Positions 200,493-212,650 of a stretch of DNA of 248,000 bases are shown here, piece by piece. Source of the stretch: Hyalangium minutum. GTDB lineage: Bacteria; Myxococcota; Myxococcia; Myxococcales; Myxococcaceae. The notes under the pieces are model-generated. The model was not told the origin of the DNA. It worked only from the letters and a program-made list of their open reading frames with translations, and made no database searches. How positions within the stretch are numbered: position 1 is the first letter of the stretch; each line of letters starts with the position of its first letter. A program made the translations under genes and the position numbers. Where the stretch lies: assembly GCF_000737315.1 (NCBI RefSeq), contig NZ_JMCB01000001.1, forward strand, positions 20,001 to 268,000. The letters are read 5' to 3'.

Positions 200493-201101
200493 ATGCGCCC
200501 CCGGTTGGCGGTGGCAAGCGCCCCTGCCCCTACAGATGAGGAGCTGTGCCGAGCCTTCCTGGATGGGGACGAGGCCGCCTTTGGCGTGCTGGTAGAGCGA
200601 TATCGCACCCTGGTCCTCTCGCTGGTCCGCCGCTTCGTCCCCCGGCCCGAGGACGCGGCGGACCTGGCGCAGCAGGCCTTTTTGAGGGCGTTGGAGGCCT
200701 CGCACCGCGTCTTCCTGAACTGGAAGTGGACGAGCTCCACCCCCTTCCGCTCCTGGCTGGTGCGGATTGCGCTCAACCTGGCGAAGAACCATGCGCGCCA
200801 GGGGAACCGCTGGCGCACCGCCCTGCTGACAGAGGTGGAGGATGCCTCGGCGGACCCGGGCGAGTCCCCCCAGGAGCGGCTGGAGCAGCAGGAGCGCGAG
200901 CGGCGCCTCCAGGCTGCGGTGATCGCCCTGCCCCGCCGCCAGCGCGAGGTCCTCACCCTCCGGGTGGATGCGGACCTGCCCTTTCGAGACATCGCCGAGA
201001 CACTCGGCATCACCGAGAACAATGCCAAGGTGCAGTTCCACCACGCCGTGAAGCGCCTGAAGGCGGAGGTGGCTGGCGCGCCAGAGGAGACGGACGAATG
201101 A
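200493..201101 (+). CDS. ECF sigma factor
   Basis: A.D..Q..FL.A, WL.RIA.N, region 4 HTH. Confidence 0.88.
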   Translation: MRPRLAVASAPAPTDEELCRAFLDGDEAAFGVLVERYRTLVLSLVRRFVPRPEDAADLAQQAFLRALEASHRVFLNWKWTSSTPFRSWLVRIALNLAKNHARQGNRWRTALLTEVEDASADPGESPQERLEQQERERRLQAAVIALPRRQREVLTLRVDADLPFRDIAETLGITENNAKVQFHHAVKRLKAEVAGAPEETDE

Positions 201102-201646
201102 ACGCGTGCCCCGAGTACGAGGAGCTGCTGACGCTCCATGCCACCGGAGCGCTGGAGGCCCAGGACGAAGCTCGCGTCCGCGCGCACCTGGCCTCTTGCA
201201 CCGCGTGCCGAAGTGAGGCCGAGTCGACCGCGCGCCTCCTCTCGACCGTGGCGCTGCCGGCGCCCTCGCCAGCAATGCGGCAACGAATGGACACGCTGCC
201301 TCAGCGGACGCTGGGGGCGTGGCGGCGCGAGCAGGTGCGCCAGGCCTTCCGGGCCCGGACCGTGGGCGCGATGCTGGCTGCGGCGGCAACGGTATTGCTG
201401 GTGGTGAGCCCGTCGCTGCGAGGCGCGGGTCAGCCCAAGGGAACCGTGGCGCTGCCGACCGCAGTCTCGCAGCAGGAGGCAGAGTCCGAGTCCGAGTTTG
201501 AGCAGTGGGCCGTCGCGGATCCGCTCGGCGATGAGCTGGACGCACTGCTGGCCGATGAGGACTTGGACGAGTGGGACGAAGACGCCGAGATGGAGCCGTC
201601 CGCGAGTGAGCTGTTCTTGAACCCGAACCTGGGAGAGATGCCGTGA
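201098..201646 (+). CDS. Zinc-finger anti-sigma factor
   Basis: H...C..C motif, TM. Confidence 0.8.
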   Translation: MNACPEYEELLTLHATGALEAQDEARVRAHLASCTACRSEAESTARLLSTVALPAPSPAMRQRMDTLPQRTLGAWRREQVRQAFRARTVGAMLAAAATVLLVVSPSLRGAGQPKGTVALPTAVSQQEAESESEFEQWAVADPLGDELDALLADEDLDEWDEDAEMEPSASELFLNPNLGEMP

Positions 201647-202173
201647 TGAAGCCGATTCGAGTGGCAGTGCTGACCCTGGCCTTGTTGCCGATGGCCGCGC
201701 TCGCGGCGGATCCGAATGCCCAAGCCCAGGCCCAGGCCCAGGCCGAGCAACGGGCGGAGAAGCAGCTGCGCCTGGCGCGGGTGCTGGGACTCGCCGAGGA
201801 ACTGGAGCTGGACTCACAGCAGGCCCTGAAGCTGGACGAGACGCTGCGCAAGTTCGACGAGCGGCGCCGCCCGCTGCGCGAGCAGGTCCGCGAGTCGGCG
201901 GACATCCTCGAGCGAGCGGCCGACGGGGACACCGCGGCGCTGGGCCAGGTGGAGCAGGCGGCGCAGCACGCGTTCGATGCCAGGGCACAGCTGGCGGCGC
202001 TGGATCGGGAGATGTACCAGTCGCTCTCCCGGGATCTGCCGCCGCAGAAGCGGGCGAAGCTGGCGCTCTTCATGGCGCGCTTCGAGAACCGGTTCAACAA
202101 GAAGCTCCGCGGGGAGCTGCGCGAGAAGGTGAAGAAGATGAACCGGTTCCGCGCACTGGACAACCAGGGCTGA
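201643..202173 (+). CDS. Periplasmic Spy/CpxP-like helical protein
   Basis: signal peptide, L.L...Q, helical. Confidence 0.6.
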   Translation: MMKPIRVAVLTLALLPMAALAADPNAQAQAQAQAEQRAEKQLRLARVLGLAEELELDSQQALKLDETLRKFDERRRPLREQVRESADILERAADGDTAALGQVEQAAQHAFDARAQLAALDREMYQSLSRDLPPQKRAKLALFMARFENRFNKKLRGELREKVKKMNRFRALDNQG

Positions 202174-202191
202174 GCCTCTCGGACCGGGCCG

Positions 202192-205100
202192 TCACCGAGC
202201 GGTGGCCCGGGCCTTGCGCTCCTCGCCCTGTGCGAACAGGGCCTTGAGCACGCGCCCGGTCGCCGTCTTCATCTTGCACAGCTCCCGAGGCGTTCCCTCC
202301 GCCACGATGCGGCCGCCCTCCTCGCCTCCCTCGGGCCCCAGCTCCACAACGTGCTCCGCGGAGGCGATGACGGACGGGTGGTGCTCGATCACCACCAGCG
202401 TGTCTCCCCGATCCACCAGCCGCCCCAGGAAGGTGATGAGCCGGTCCACGTCGCCCAGGTGGAGTCCCGTGGTGGGCTCGTCGAGCACGTAGAGCGTCGG
202501 CTCGTGGCGCGAGTTCGCCGTCAGCTCCGCCGCCAGCTTGAGCCGCTGGGCCTCGCCGCCGGACAGCGTGTTGGAGCCCTGGCCCAACTGCAGGTACCCC
202601 ACACCGAGGTCCGAGAGGCACTCCAGCGGCGCGGCCACCTTGGGCAGCGCGCGGAAGACCTCCTTGGCCTCGTCGGCGGACAGCCGCAGCACCTCGCCGA
202701 TGGTGAGCCCGTGGTAGCGCACCTCGAGAGTGGCCGCATCAAAGCGGGCCCCGCCGCACACCTCGCACGGCGTCACCACGTCCGGGAGGAACGCCATCTC
202801 GTGGGAGATGGCCCCTTGCCCCTCGCATGCCGGGCACCGGCCTCCAGCGGCGGTGTTGAAGGAGAAGCGTGCCGGACCGAAGCCCCGGATCTTGGCCTCG
202901 GGAGTGGCGGCGAAGGCGCGGCGCAGCTCGTCCCAGATGCCGAGGAACGTCGCCGGCACCGAGCGCGGTGTGCGCCCGATGGGAGACTGGTCCACCGCCA
203001 GCACGCGGGAGATCGCCTCCACGCCGTGCAGCGATTCGAACGGCCCAGGCTTCGGCCCCACCAGTCCAAGCTTCTCGCGCAGCGCCGGGTACAGCACCTG
203101 GCGGATGAGCGTGCTCTTGCCCGAACCGGAGACGCCGGAGACGACCGTGAGCCTCCTGACAGGCAGCCGGAGATCGACGCGCTTCAGGTTGTTGGCGCGG
203201 GCACCCTTCAGCTCGAGCCACTTCTGGGGCTCTCCGCGAGTGCTGGGAGGGCGAATCTGCGAGGCCCGGAGCGCCTTCGCGGTCGGTGAGTCCTCCCGTT
203301 GCAGCACGTCCTCCGGAGCGCCCTCGGCGAGGATGCGCCCACCGCCACGTCCGCCCGTGGGCCCCAGATCGATGAGGTGGTCCGCCGCGCGGATGGTGTC
203401 CGTGTCGTGCTCCACCACGAGCACGGAAGACCCCGTGTCCACGAGCGCCCGGAGGTTGGACAGCAGCCGGTGGGTGTCGCGCGGGTGCAGGCCAATGGTG
203501 GGCTCGTCGAGCACGTACAGCGCCCCCGTGAGCCCCGCTCCGAGCTGTGCCGAGAGGCGCAGCCGCTGCATCTCGCCTCCCGAGAGCGTGGCGGCGGCGC
203601 GATCCAATGAGAGGTAGCCCAGCCCCACGCGATCGAGGAACTCCAGGCGCCGGACAAGCTCCTGGCGCGAGGGCTCACCGATGAGCGCCCGATCCCCACG
203701 GAACTTCCAGCCCTGGACACGCGCCAGCGTGGCGGTGACGGAGTTCTGCACCACCTCGTGGTACCGCGCGTTCTCCAACCTCACGGCGCGAGGCACCGGA
203801 GACAGACGCGAGCCCTGACAGGTACGGCACGGAGCGGTGTGGCCCTCGGCGATGGCCTCGGCGCCGCCCTCGACACCTGTGCCCTCACAGGCCTCGCAGC
203901 GCCCCTGCTTCGTATTGAAGGAGAACCAGCGTGGGTCCAGCTCCGGCACAGCGGTTCCACAGCGAGGACAGGTGCGCTCGGTGGACAGCAGCGTCTCGCC
204001 CTTGGCGCTCCGCACTTTCAGCGCGCCCTGGCCCCAGCCCAGCGCCCGATCGAACACAGGGCGAGGCAGCTTGGCCAGCTTGCCCTCGTACATGACGAGG
204101 TCGATGTCGTGCTCGCGTGTCTTCGTCAGCCGTGGCGGGTTGTCCGTGTTGGCGATCTGCCCGTCCACGATGGCCGTGGTGATCCCCGCGCGAGCCGCCG
204201 CCGCGAAGAGATCCAGGTACGTTCCCTTGCGAGCCCGGACCGCGGGAGCCAGCACGGTGCCGTCCCCCTTCGACTCGGTGAGCTGTGCGTACAGCGCATC
204301 CGGCGAGGTGGAGGCAATCGGCGAGTCATCGTTCGGGCAGTGCGGCTGGCCCAGCTTGGCGAACAGGAGGCGCAGGTAGTGAGCCACCTCCGTCACGGTG
204401 GCCACGGTGCTCGTAGCGCCCGCGCGCGAGGTGCGCTGCTCCAGGGCCACGGTGGGCGGGATGCTGCTGATGCGCTCCACGTCCGGCCGAGGCATGGTCG
204501 GCAAGAACTGCCGCGCATACGGCGTCAGCGTCTCCAGGAAGCGCCGCTGGCCCTCGGCAAAGACGACGTCGAACGCCAGCGAGCTCTTCCCCGAGCCGCT
204601 GGGCCCCGTCACCACCGTCATCTTCCCCAGGGGAATGCGGCAGGAGATCTCCTGGAGGTTGTGCTCGCGCGCATGCTCCACCTCGATGGCCGGGCTGCCC
204701 GCGGCGGCCTTCCGAGGCTTCGCTGGGCGCCGAGCCCCGGTGCTCTCCTCGCGCAGGGCCGCTGCGGTGAGACCTGAGCCCTTGGCCAACTCGGCGGGAG
204801 TGCCCTCGGCCACCAGACGCCCACCATGCCGCCCACCGCCCGGTCCCAGATCGATGATCCAGTCCGAGCCCCGCATGACGGAGAGGTCATGGTCCACGAC
204901 GACGACGCTAGCGCCCCGCCCCACCAACTCGTGCAGCGCCGCGAGCACATGGCGCACATCGAGCTCATGCAGGCCCGCGCTCGGCTCGTCGATCAGGAAG
205001 AGCGAGCCCTTGGCCTCACTCGCCAGCGCCCGGGCCAACTTCAGCCGCTGCGCCTCGCCCCCCGAGAGCGTGGAGAGCGGCTGCCCGAGCGACAGGTAGC

Positions 205101-207489
205101 CCAGGCCGAGCCGCGCCACGGGCCCCAGGGTGCGCTTCAGCGCGGTATCGTCCCCGAAGTGCTTCAGTACCTCGTCCACGGTGAGCTCCAGCACCTGCGC
205201 GACGCTGAAGCCCTGGTGCTGGACGGCGAGCACCTCCTCCTTGAAGCGCCGGCCCCGGCAGACGGCGCAGCGCAGCGCCACGTCCGCGAGGAACTGCATC
205301 TCCACCGTCTCGTAGCCCTCGCCCGAGCAGGCCTCGCAGCGGCCCTTGTCCACGTTGAAGGAGAAGTGGGCGGCGGTCAGGCCTCGCACCTCGGCCTCGG
205401 GCTCCGAGGCGAAGCGCTCGCGCAGCCGATCCCAGGCCTTGGTGTACGTGGCGGCATTGCCTCGCGAGGTGCGCCCCAGCGGCGACTGGTCCACGAAGGT
205501 GATGGACTTCACCGTCTCGGCGCCCTCCAGCGCGTCTACCGCCCCAGGGGCCTCGATGTCCTTCTCCCCCAGTCCGCGCGCCAGGTGCCGGTAGAGCACC
205601 TCGTCCATCAGCGTGCTCTTGCCCGAACCACTCGGCCCCGTGATGGCGCACAGCACTCCCAGCGGAACGCGCACCGTCAAACCCTGGAGGTTGTGCTCAT
205701 GGGCATTGCGCACGACCAGCTCCCCCGTGCGCTGCCGAGTCGTGCGCGGCGTCTCCTGCGTCCCCGCCAGGAGCTGACCCGTGGGAAGGTCCGTCCGCTT
205801 CGCCAGGGCCTCGGGCGGACCATCGAAGCACAGCTTCCCGCCGTGCTTGCCCGCGCCAGGCCCCAACTCCAGGACCCGGTGGGCGGAGCGGATGACGTGC
205901 TCGTCCTGCTCGATGACGAGCGTGACGTTCCCTCGCTCCGCCAGCTCGGCCATGGCCTCGGTGAGCGGGCGTACGTCGCTGGGGTGGAGGCCCACGGTGG
206001 GCTCGTCCAGGACGAAGAGGGCCCCCGTGAGCGACGTGCCGAGCGCCGCGGTGAGCGACACGCGCTGGGCCTCGCCTCCGGAGAGCGTCCGCGCGGGCCG
206101 ATCCAGCGTGAGGTAACCCAACCCCACACGCAGCAAGTAGCGGAGCCGGCTGGCCAGCTCCTTGCGCGCCAGCTCGCCCTGGCCGGTGGTGGTGCGCAGC
206201 GACTCCAGGCGCTCGCACGCGTCGGACAGCTCCAGCCGGTGCCAGGCCGCCAGATCCAGCCCCCCCACGCGGTACGCCAGGGCCTGCTCGTTCAGCCGAG
206301 CCCCCTGGCACTTCTCGCAGAGCGAGTACGCCCGGTAGCGCGAGAGCAGCACGCGCACGTGCATCTTGTACGTGCGGCTCTCCATCCATCGGAACCACGC
206401 GCGCACGCCGGGGTACGAGCGCCCATCGTGGTAGTCACCCTCGCCCTCCAGCACCATCTCCCGCTGCTCCGGCTGGAGCGAGCTCCACGGCGTGTCCAGG
206501 GGGATGCCCATGGCCTTGGCGTAGCGGTGGAGCATGTTGCGCTCCCATTCCGAGGTCTTCCCGGACCACGGCCGGATGGCCCCCTGCGCGAGGCTGAGCG
206601 AGGGATTGGGGATGACCTTGTCCCAGTCGATGCCGATGGTGCGCCCGAAGCCCCGGCACGTGGCGCACGCGCCCGTGGGGGACTGGTAGCTGAAGAGCCC
206701 CGGGCGTGCGGGCTCGAACTCACGCGCGCACTTCGGGCACACGAGGCCTCGGCGGATGCGCCGCGTAGCGCCACCGGGGAGGAACAGCATGGCCTCGCCC
206801 TCGCTGCGCGCCCACGCGTCCTCGACCGCCTGGGTAAGGCGGGAGAGCTGCCCCTGCGCCAGCTTCACGCGATCCACCACCACCTGGGCGACGCCCGCGG
206901 AGTCCGTCGCCTCGCTCGGCCGCAGCGCCTCCAGCTCCCGCACCTCGCCCTGCACCACGAGCCGGTGGTAGCCGTCCTTGAGCAGCCGGGCGCGCACATC
207001 GAGGAACTCGGCGGTGCCAGCAATGCGCACGGGCCACGTGAGGATGACCTGCGCGTCCGGGTGCTCGGAGATGGCCGCCGCTGCCGCCACGCGCGCGTCC
207101 GTCCGGACTGCCTCCACGCCACAGGCGGGACATACCGGCATGGCCTCCCGGGTGAAGAGCGCGGAGAGGTAGGCCTCCACGTCCGCCAGCGTGGCCACTG
207201 TGGAGCGCGAGCTCTTCACGGGGGCCCGGCGATCCACTGCCACGCCGGCCGCCACCGGCTCGAGCTGGTCCATGGGCGGCCGCTCCAGCCGCTCGAGGAA
207301 CTGGCGAGCGTACGGGCTGAAGCTCTCCACGAAGCGCCGCTGGCCCTCGGCGTAGAGCGTGTCGAGCGCAAGGCTCGATTTCCCGGCACCGGAGACCCCG
207401 GTGATGCAGACGAGCTCTCCTTCCGAGAGATCCACGGAGAGCGATTGGAGGTTGTGGGTACGGGCGCCTACAAGGTGCGTCTTATGCAT
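202192..207489 (-). CDS. uvrA: Double-length excinuclease ABC subunit A
   Basis: two tandem UvrA units, four P-loops, LSGGE, Zn fingers. Confidence 0.9.
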   Translation of the reverse strand: MHKTHLVGARTHNLQSLSVDLSEGELVCITGVSGAGKSSLALDTLYAEGQRRFVESFSPYARQFLERLERPPMDQLEPVAAGVAVDRRAPVKSSRSTVATLADVEAYLSALFTREAMPVCPACGVEAVRTDARVAAAAAISEHPDAQVILTWPVRIAGTAEFLDVRARLLKDGYHRLVVQGEVRELEALRPSEATDSAGVAQVVVDRVKLAQGQLSRLTQAVEDAWARSEGEAMLFLPGGATRRIRRGLVCPKCAREFEPARPGLFSYQSPTGACATCRGFGRTIGIDWDKVIPNPSLSLAQGAIRPWSGKTSEWERNMLHRYAKAMGIPLDTPWSSLQPEQREMVLEGEGDYHDGRSYPGVRAWFRWMESRTYKMHVRVLLSRYRAYSLCEKCQGARLNEQALAYRVGGLDLAAWHRLELSDACERLESLRTTTGQGELARKELASRLRYLLRVGLGYLTLDRPARTLSGGEAQRVSLTAALGTSLTGALFVLDEPTVGLHPSDVRPLTEAMAELAERGNVTLVIEQDEHVIRSAHRVLELGPGAGKHGGKLCFDGPPEALAKRTDLPTGQLLAGTQETPRTTRQRTGELVVRNAHEHNLQGLTVRVPLGVLCAITGPSGSGKSTLMDEVLYRHLARGLGEKDIEAPGAVDALEGAETVKSITFVDQSPLGRTSRGNAATYTKAWDRLRERFASEPEAEVRGLTAAHFSFNVDKGRCEACSGEGYETVEMQFLADVALRCAVCRGRRFKEEVLAVQHQGFSVAQVLELTVDEVLKHFGDDTALKRTLGPVARLGLGYLSLGQPLSTLSGGEAQRLKLARALASEAKGSLFLIDEPSAGLHELDVRHVLAALHELVGRGASVVVVDHDLSVMRGSDWIIDLGPGGGRHGGRLVAEGTPAELAKGSGLTAAALREESTGARRPAKPRKAAAGSPAIEVEHAREHNLQEISCRIPLGKMTVVTGPSGSGKSSLAFDVVFAEGQRRFLETLTPYARQFLPTMPRPDVERISSIPPTVALEQRTSRAGATSTVATVTEVAHYLRLLFAKLGQPHCPNDDSPIASTSPDALYAQLTESKGDGTVLAPAVRARKGTYLDLFAAAARAGITTAIVDGQIANTDNPPRLTKTREHDIDLVMYEGKLAKLPRPVFDRALGWGQGALKVRSAKGETLLSTERTCPRCGTAVPELDPRWFSFNTKQGRCEACEGTGVEGGAEAIAEGHTAPCRTCQGSRLSPVPRAVRLENARYHEVVQNSVTATLARVQGWKFRGDRALIGEPSRQELVRRLEFLDRVGLGYLSLDRAAATLSGGEMQRLRLSAQLGAGLTGALYVLDEPTIGLHPRDTHRLLSNLRALVDTGSSVLVVEHDTDTIRAADHLIDLGPTGGRGGGRILAEGAPEDVLQREDSPTAKALRASQIRPPSTRGEPQKWLELKGARANNLKRVDLRLPVRRLTVVSGVSGSGKSTLIRQVLYPALREKLGLVGPKPGPFESLHGVEAISRVLAVDQSPIGRTPRSVPATFLGIWDELRRAFAATPEAKIRGFGPARFSFNTAAGGRCPACEGQGAISHEMAFLPDVVTPCEVCGGARFDAATLEVRYHGLTIGEVLRLSADEAKEVFRALPKVAAPLECLSDLGVGYLQLGQGSNTLSGGEAQRLKLAAELTANSRHEPTLYVLDEPTTGLHLGDVDRLITFLGRLVDRGDTLVVIEHHPSVIASAEHVVELGPEGGEEGGRIVAEGTPRELCKMKTATGRVLKALFAQGEERKARATAR

Positions 207490-207663
207490 GGAGGCCGCGT
207501 CATTTAACGGCTGGATTGGCTCTCGCCAAGCTTATCCATCAGGTTGGATCCCCAGGCGGACGGTGGCCTGCCTACTCCCTCGTCGAGGAGCCTCCCCATC
207601 CCAAAAGAAAGGGCCGCCACGCTCGCGCGTAACGGCCCTGGGAACTTCAGACCTCGGACTGGC

Positions 207664-210600
207664 CTAGTAGTAGTTGTAGGTCAGGCGCAGGTAGAAGTAG
207701 CGGCCCATGTAGTCGTAGGTCGACGCGTCCGAGGACGCGAGGAACCCGTTGGCCACCAGCACCGGCTTGGTGTTGAACAGGTTGTTCACACCGAACTGCG
207801 CGCCCGCGGTGCCGCTCTTCAGCTCCAGATCGTACGACACGTTCGCGTCGAACGTGTAGTAGTCCTGCACCATGCGGGAGATCGGCTGCACCGCGTTCGG
207901 ATCCGACTCGTCGAACTGGCAGCTGTTGAACTCGCACTCCTTGAAGCCGTTGATGAAGCGCATGTTCACCGCAGCGGCCAGCGAGTCCCTGGCCCAGTTC
208001 AGTCCCACGTTCGCGCGCCAGTTGGTGTATACGCCGTCCAGATCGTAGTTGCCCTTGGCCTTGATGACGTCTCCGTTGGCCAGCGTCCGGTCGAACTTCT
208101 GCAGCCAGGTCGCGTCCGCGCTCACGCCCACGCGGCCAAACGGCGTCTGCGGCGAGTAGCGGATGGAGAAGTCCAGGCCGCCCGTCTTGTCGCCACCCAC
208201 GTTGGTGAGCGGGTCGGAGATGTCCACGATGTAGCCGTCCGTGTCGCGAGTGATGCGCTCGCAGTACTGCGACGAAGCCGGGCCACCCGCCGAGTAGCAA
208301 CTGTTGAGGATCACGTCGGCGGTCAGGTTGGTGATCGCGTTGTCCACGTTGATCAGGTAGTAGTCCACCGTGGCGGTGACATCCTTCGCGAACCGCGGCT
208401 CGAACACCGCGCCCACCGTGAAGATCTCGGCGGTCTCCGGCTTCAGGTTGACGTTGCCGCCCAGCCGCGTGCGCTGCTGGCTGCGATCATCCGAGAAGTC
208501 TTCCGGAACCGCCTGCGCGTTGCAGACCGCATCCACCCCAGTGCCCGACTCGCGGTCCGAGCACGGGTCCACCACCTCCGGGAAGCCGTCCGTCTGGCCC
208601 AGGTAGAGCTCGTTCACGGAGGGCGCGCGGAAGGCCGTGGAGTACGTGGCGCGCAGCGTGAAGTCCGGGATCGGGCTCACGCGGGTGCCAAACTTGTACG
208701 TGAAGTCCGAGCCGAACGTGTTGTAGCTGAACACGCGCGCGGCGCCCGTCACTTCCACGATGTCCCGCAGCTCGTTCGTTTCGGGGTTGATCTCACCGAA
208801 GAGGGGCACGGACAGCTCGGCGTAGGCCTCGTTCACATAGAAGCGGCCCTCCGTGGAGTTCTCCTTGGTGCCCGTGGTGTCACCCGCGGCCGTCAGCGGA
208901 TCCGGAATGTAGGAACCACCCTCGCGGCGGTGCTCGTAACCGAGCGCCAGACCCGAAGAGTGCGCCGTCGGAGTGACCTTGAACAGCTCGCCCGCGAAAT
209001 TCGCCGACAGCGACGTCTGCTGGGTGAAGCCGCGCGTGGTGCCCCGGAAGCTCAGGTAGTCGGCCATCTCCTTGGAGATGGTGCCCTCGCCGCCGAACAG
209101 GTTCAGCGGGACGCAAGCATCCGGATCGATCGGAGCCTCGGGTGTGCCGCACACGGCCTTGCCCGACGCGTTCATGAAGCTCGGGCCGAGCGCCGCCGCC
209201 AGCCGGCTGAGCCGCAGCGTGCCCTGCTTGGTCGTGACGCCCTGCGTACGGCCGTAGTTGTAGGCCACATCCCAGTGCCAGTCCTGCAGCGCGCCGAAGT
209301 CCTGGTCCAGCTTGCCCTCCAGGCCGGTGACGACGCGGAAGGTCGTCAGGTCCTGTGCGTAGTCACGGGTGCCGAACTCATTCAGGCGGCGGCGAACATC
209401 CACGAAGTCACGGCCGAACGGGTTGTAGACGTTGCCCGCCGAGACGGTCAGCCCCTCGGTCGAGGTGAAGAGCGGCTCGGAGGCGAGCTTCTGCTTCGAC
209501 TGGCGGTTGGTGTAGCTGGCCTCGTAGAAGGCGCGAGTACCCGCTCCGAGCCGCAGACCGCCCGTGGTGTACAGGTGCGCGCGCTCCTGCGGCGTCACCA
209601 GGTAGTTGTCGGGCTGGTAGTTGAAGTAGTCACCCCCCGCGTCCTCCACGCCAATGGTGTTGAAAGGCCGGAACTCTCCCGTCCGCCGGTCGATCGTGAA
209701 GACGCTGGCGTCCGGGTAGCGCGCCGTCAGAGCATCCCAGGCCCCGTTGCCTCCCGTGGCGCCACGCGTGAGGAACACGCCCATCGGCGTGGACGAGCTG
209801 CCCTCCGTGGAAATCTGGCGCGAGGCGAAGTCGTAGAACGTGTCGTACTTGCTGAACTGCCGGTCCCCGGCGAACACGTCCTTCTGCGTGTAGTAGCCCG
209901 CGGTGAACAGGATGTTGCCGCGCTCGGTGCTCTGGCCCGTCGTCAGGCTCAGGTCATACAGCAGACCGTCACCGTGCGAGGACAAACCGGAGAACGCACG
210001 CAGCTCGGTGCCCGAGTAGTCCTTGCGGGTGATGATGTTCACCACGCCCGCGATGGCGTCCGAGCCGTACACCGCCGAGCCACCGTCTTTAAGGATCTCG
210101 ATGCGCTGGATGGCCGCGGTGGGGATGGAGTTCAGGTCCACCGTGGCATCGGCGCCCGTACCACCGGCCACGTGGCGGCGGCCGTTGAGCAGCACCAGCG
210201 TACGGCCCGTGCCCAGGCCGCGCAGGTTCACGCGCGTGGCACCGTCGCCGCCGTTGTTGTACTGCGTGTTGATGGCGTTGGACTGCTCCGGGAGGCTCTG
210301 GAGGATTTCACCGATGGACGTCTTGCCCGTCTTCTCGAGCTGCGCCTTGTCGAGCACCGTCACGGGCGCCGCCGTCGTCAGCTCCTTGCGCGGAATGCGC
210401 GAGCCGGTGACGACGATCTCCTCGATGTACTCCTCGGGCGGCGGCTCCTCGGCCGCAGGCGGCGGCGCCTTGGGGGCGGGCTTGAGGGCTGGCTTGGGGG
210501 CCGGCTTGGCCTGGGGCTGCGCGGCGGGCGCGGCCGGCTGGGCCTCCGGCGTTGCCTCGATGGGCTGCGGGACGGGAGTGGCGGGCTGAGCCGCGGCGGG

Positions 210601-210765
210601 CGCCGGAGGAGTGGCCTCCTGGACCGCCGGAGCCGCAGCAGGCGCCTCTTGCGCCGCAGCGACCCCGCCGGTCCCGGAGATGAGCACTGCCAGCGCCAAA
210701 ACTGTCTTCTTCCGAGCGGACTGCTTCGACACCTTGCACCTCTTGCTGGTGTGGTCTTGAGACAT
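207664..210765 (-). CDS. TonB-dependent receptor
   Basis: EEIVVTGSRI TonB box, plug GR.LVL.NGRR, C-terminal aromatic. Confidence 0.92.
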   Translation of the reverse strand: MSQDHTSKRCKVSKQSARKKTVLALAVLISGTGGVAAAQEAPAAAPAVQEATPPAPAAAQPATPVPQPIEATPEAQPAAPAAQPQAKPAPKPALKPAPKAPPPAAEEPPPEEYIEEIVVTGSRIPRKELTTAAPVTVLDKAQLEKTGKTSIGEILQSLPEQSNAINTQYNNGGDGATRVNLRGLGTGRTLVLLNGRRHVAGGTGADATVDLNSIPTAAIQRIEILKDGGSAVYGSDAIAGVVNIITRKDYSGTELRAFSGLSSHGDGLLYDLSLTTGQSTERGNILFTAGYYTQKDVFAGDRQFSKYDTFYDFASRQISTEGSSSTPMGVFLTRGATGGNGAWDALTARYPDASVFTIDRRTGEFRPFNTIGVEDAGGDYFNYQPDNYLVTPQERAHLYTTGGLRLGAGTRAFYEASYTNRQSKQKLASEPLFTSTEGLTVSAGNVYNPFGRDFVDVRRRLNEFGTRDYAQDLTTFRVVTGLEGKLDQDFGALQDWHWDVAYNYGRTQGVTTKQGTLRLSRLAAALGPSFMNASGKAVCGTPEAPIDPDACVPLNLFGGEGTISKEMADYLSFRGTTRGFTQQTSLSANFAGELFKVTPTAHSSGLALGYEHRREGGSYIPDPLTAAGDTTGTKENSTEGRFYVNEAYAELSVPLFGEINPETNELRDIVEVTGAARVFSYNTFGSDFTYKFGTRVSPIPDFTLRATYSTAFRAPSVNELYLGQTDGFPEVVDPCSDRESGTGVDAVCNAQAVPEDFSDDRSQQRTRLGGNVNLKPETAEIFTVGAVFEPRFAKDVTATVDYYLINVDNAITNLTADVILNSCYSAGGPASSQYCERITRDTDGYIVDISDPLTNVGGDKTGGLDFSIRYSPQTPFGRVGVSADATWLQKFDRTLANGDVIKAKGNYDLDGVYTNWRANVGLNWARDSLAAAVNMRFINGFKECEFNSCQFDESDPNAVQPISRMVQDYYTFDANVSYDLELKSGTAGAQFGVNNLFNTKPVLVANGFLASSDASTYDYMGRYFYLRLTYNYY

Positions 210766-210790
210766 GGATCAGGGCTTTCCGTGTGCGGGA

Positions 210791-211186
210791 TTAGAACGGC
210801 GCGAGCAGCGGCTCGCCTTTGAGGCAGTTCGGATCGAACTTCCCCGCCTCAAAGACGGCTGCGCAGTACGCGGTCATGCAGTCGACGAACTCCGTCTGCG
210901 CCTCCGCGCAGCCTGCGAATTCCGCGTCACAGATCGACTTGGAGTTCGACTCCCAGCAATCCAGATGCTTCTGGAAAGAGGCGTCGCAGCTCTGTTGTCC
211001 CGCTGCTACAGCGCGCTCGTTGAACTTCTCCACGTCGGCGCAGTACTCGGGGCAGTCGACATCCACCGCCCGCTCACTGACCGTGCACGCGTTGGCCTCC
211101 CCGCAAACGGCTTCGCACTTGCTGGAACAACCGGTGACGAGGCCCATCACCGCCAGCAGACCCGCTGTCCAAACCACAACTCTCAC
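210791..211186 (-). CDS. Cys-rich lipoprotein
   Basis: lipobox VTGC, many Cys. Confidence 0.6.
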   Translation of the reverse strand: MRVVVWTAGLLAVMGLVTGCSSKCEAVCGEANACTVSERAVDVDCPEYCADVEKFNERAVAAGQQSCDASFQKHLDCWESNSKSICDAEFAGCAEAQTEFVDCMTAYCAAVFEAGKFDPNCLKGEPLLAPF

Positions 211187-211328
211187 GCTGACCCCTCCCA
211201 GGGATTGTCTTGAAGCAAACGCATTGTGACTGTGACGAGATTGGAACGTCAACCCAGGGCGTCCATATCGGTCCTGATTGAACTCCAACCTCCGAAGTCC
211301 CTGCGCCTGGGAGTGTTCAGGCCACCTG

Positions 211329-212639
211329 TCAGGTGAAGAAACGCCGGAGCACGGCGATCATCGCCGCCACATCCGAGGCCGCGGCCAGCTCGCGGATGGA
211401 GTGCATGGAGAGCATGGGGCTCCCCACGTCCACCGTGCGGATGCCCAGCGCCGCGGCGGTGATGGGGCCAATGGTGCTGCCGCAGCCCAGGTCCGTCCGT
211501 GTCACGAAGTGCTGAGGCGTCACGCCCGCCTCCCGGCACAGCGCCGCGAAGAACGCCCAGGTCTCTCCATCCGTCGCATAAGACTGGTTGACATTGGATT
211601 TGATCACAGGGCCGCCGCCCATCAGCGGCTGATGCCTGGGCTCGTGGAGCGCGGAGTAGTTGGGGTGCACGGCGTGCGCCATGTCCGCAGACACCATGTA
211701 CGAATGGCGGATGGCACGGTGGAACGCATCCGCGCGCCCATCCGAGTGCCCCAGAACGAGGCGCTCCAGGCAGTCACGCAGGAAGGTGCCCGCGGCGCCT
211801 TGAGCGCTGCGGCTGCCCACCTCCTCGTGATCGTACAGGACGATGCCCGAGGTGGCCTCGCCCGCCTTCTCCATCGCCAGCAGCGAGGACAGCGCCGAGT
211901 AGCAGCTTGCCAGGTTGTCCAGGCGCGGCGCGTGGAGGAACTCGCCGTTCGCCCCCGAGCGCGTGGAGGGCTGCGTGTCATAGAGGCACAAGTCGTAGCC
212001 GAGGATGTCCCCTGCCTCGGCGCGGACATTGCCCGCCGCCAGTTCCTGCACCAGGAGCGCGCGCAGCTCCGCCGGGCCCGCCTTCTCCAGGCCCAGCACG
212101 GGGACCATGTGGTCCTGCGCGTTGAGCTTGAGTCCATCCGTGTTGACGGTGCGGTTGAGGTGGATGGCCAGGTTGGGCACGCGCAGCAGCGGGCGGCGGA
212201 AGTCCACCAGATGGCCCTCGGGACGGCCGCCGGAGAGCAGCATGACTCGGCCCGCCAGGGAGAGATCTCGATCCATCCACGTGCTCAGCAGCACCCCGCC
212301 GTAAATCTCCACGCCGAGCTGGTGGTAGCCCAGCTTGGACACAGCGGCGTTGGGCTTGAGGCGCAGGTTGGGCGAGTCCGTGTGCGAGCCCACCAGCCGG
212401 AAGCCAGCGCGATCCACGGGCGCCGTGCCCAGGTGGAACGCGGCGATGCTCGTGCCCGCGCGGGTGACGTACACCTTGTCTCCGGGCTGGAGCGTCCAGG
212501 GCTCCCGCTCGTCCAGCGCGCGGTAGCCAAGCTGGGTGAGGCGGCGGGCCGTCTCGCGCACCGCATGGTACGGGGTGGGCGAGGCGTCGATGTACGCAAG
212601 GATGTCCTTGGCCGTGGCGTCCGTGTCGATGGGGCTCAT
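211329..212639 (-). CDS. M18 family aspartyl aminopeptidase
   Basis: HTDSP, DHEEVGS, SADMAH, MHS.RE. Confidence 0.92.
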   Translation of the reverse strand: MSPIDTDATAKDILAYIDASPTPYHAVRETARRLTQLGYRALDEREPWTLQPGDKVYVTRAGTSIAAFHLGTAPVDRAGFRLVGSHTDSPNLRLKPNAAVSKLGYHQLGVEIYGGVLLSTWMDRDLSLAGRVMLLSGGRPEGHLVDFRRPLLRVPNLAIHLNRTVNTDGLKLNAQDHMVPVLGLEKAGPAELRALLVQELAAGNVRAEAGDILGYDLCLYDTQPSTRSGANGEFLHAPRLDNLASCYSALSSLLAMEKAGEATSGIVLYDHEEVGSRSAQGAAGTFLRDCLERLVLGHSDGRADAFHRAIRHSYMVSADMAHAVHPNYSALHEPRHQPLMGGGPVIKSNVNQSYATDGETWAFFAALCREAGVTPQHFVTRTDLGCGSTIGPITAAALGIRTVDVGSPMLSMHSIRELAAASDVAAMIAVLRRFFT

Positions 212640-212650
212640 GGCCCCGCAGG

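Noticed and set aside
207544-210822. 1092-aa plus-strand ORF
   Set aside because: Antisense to the TonB-dependent receptor.
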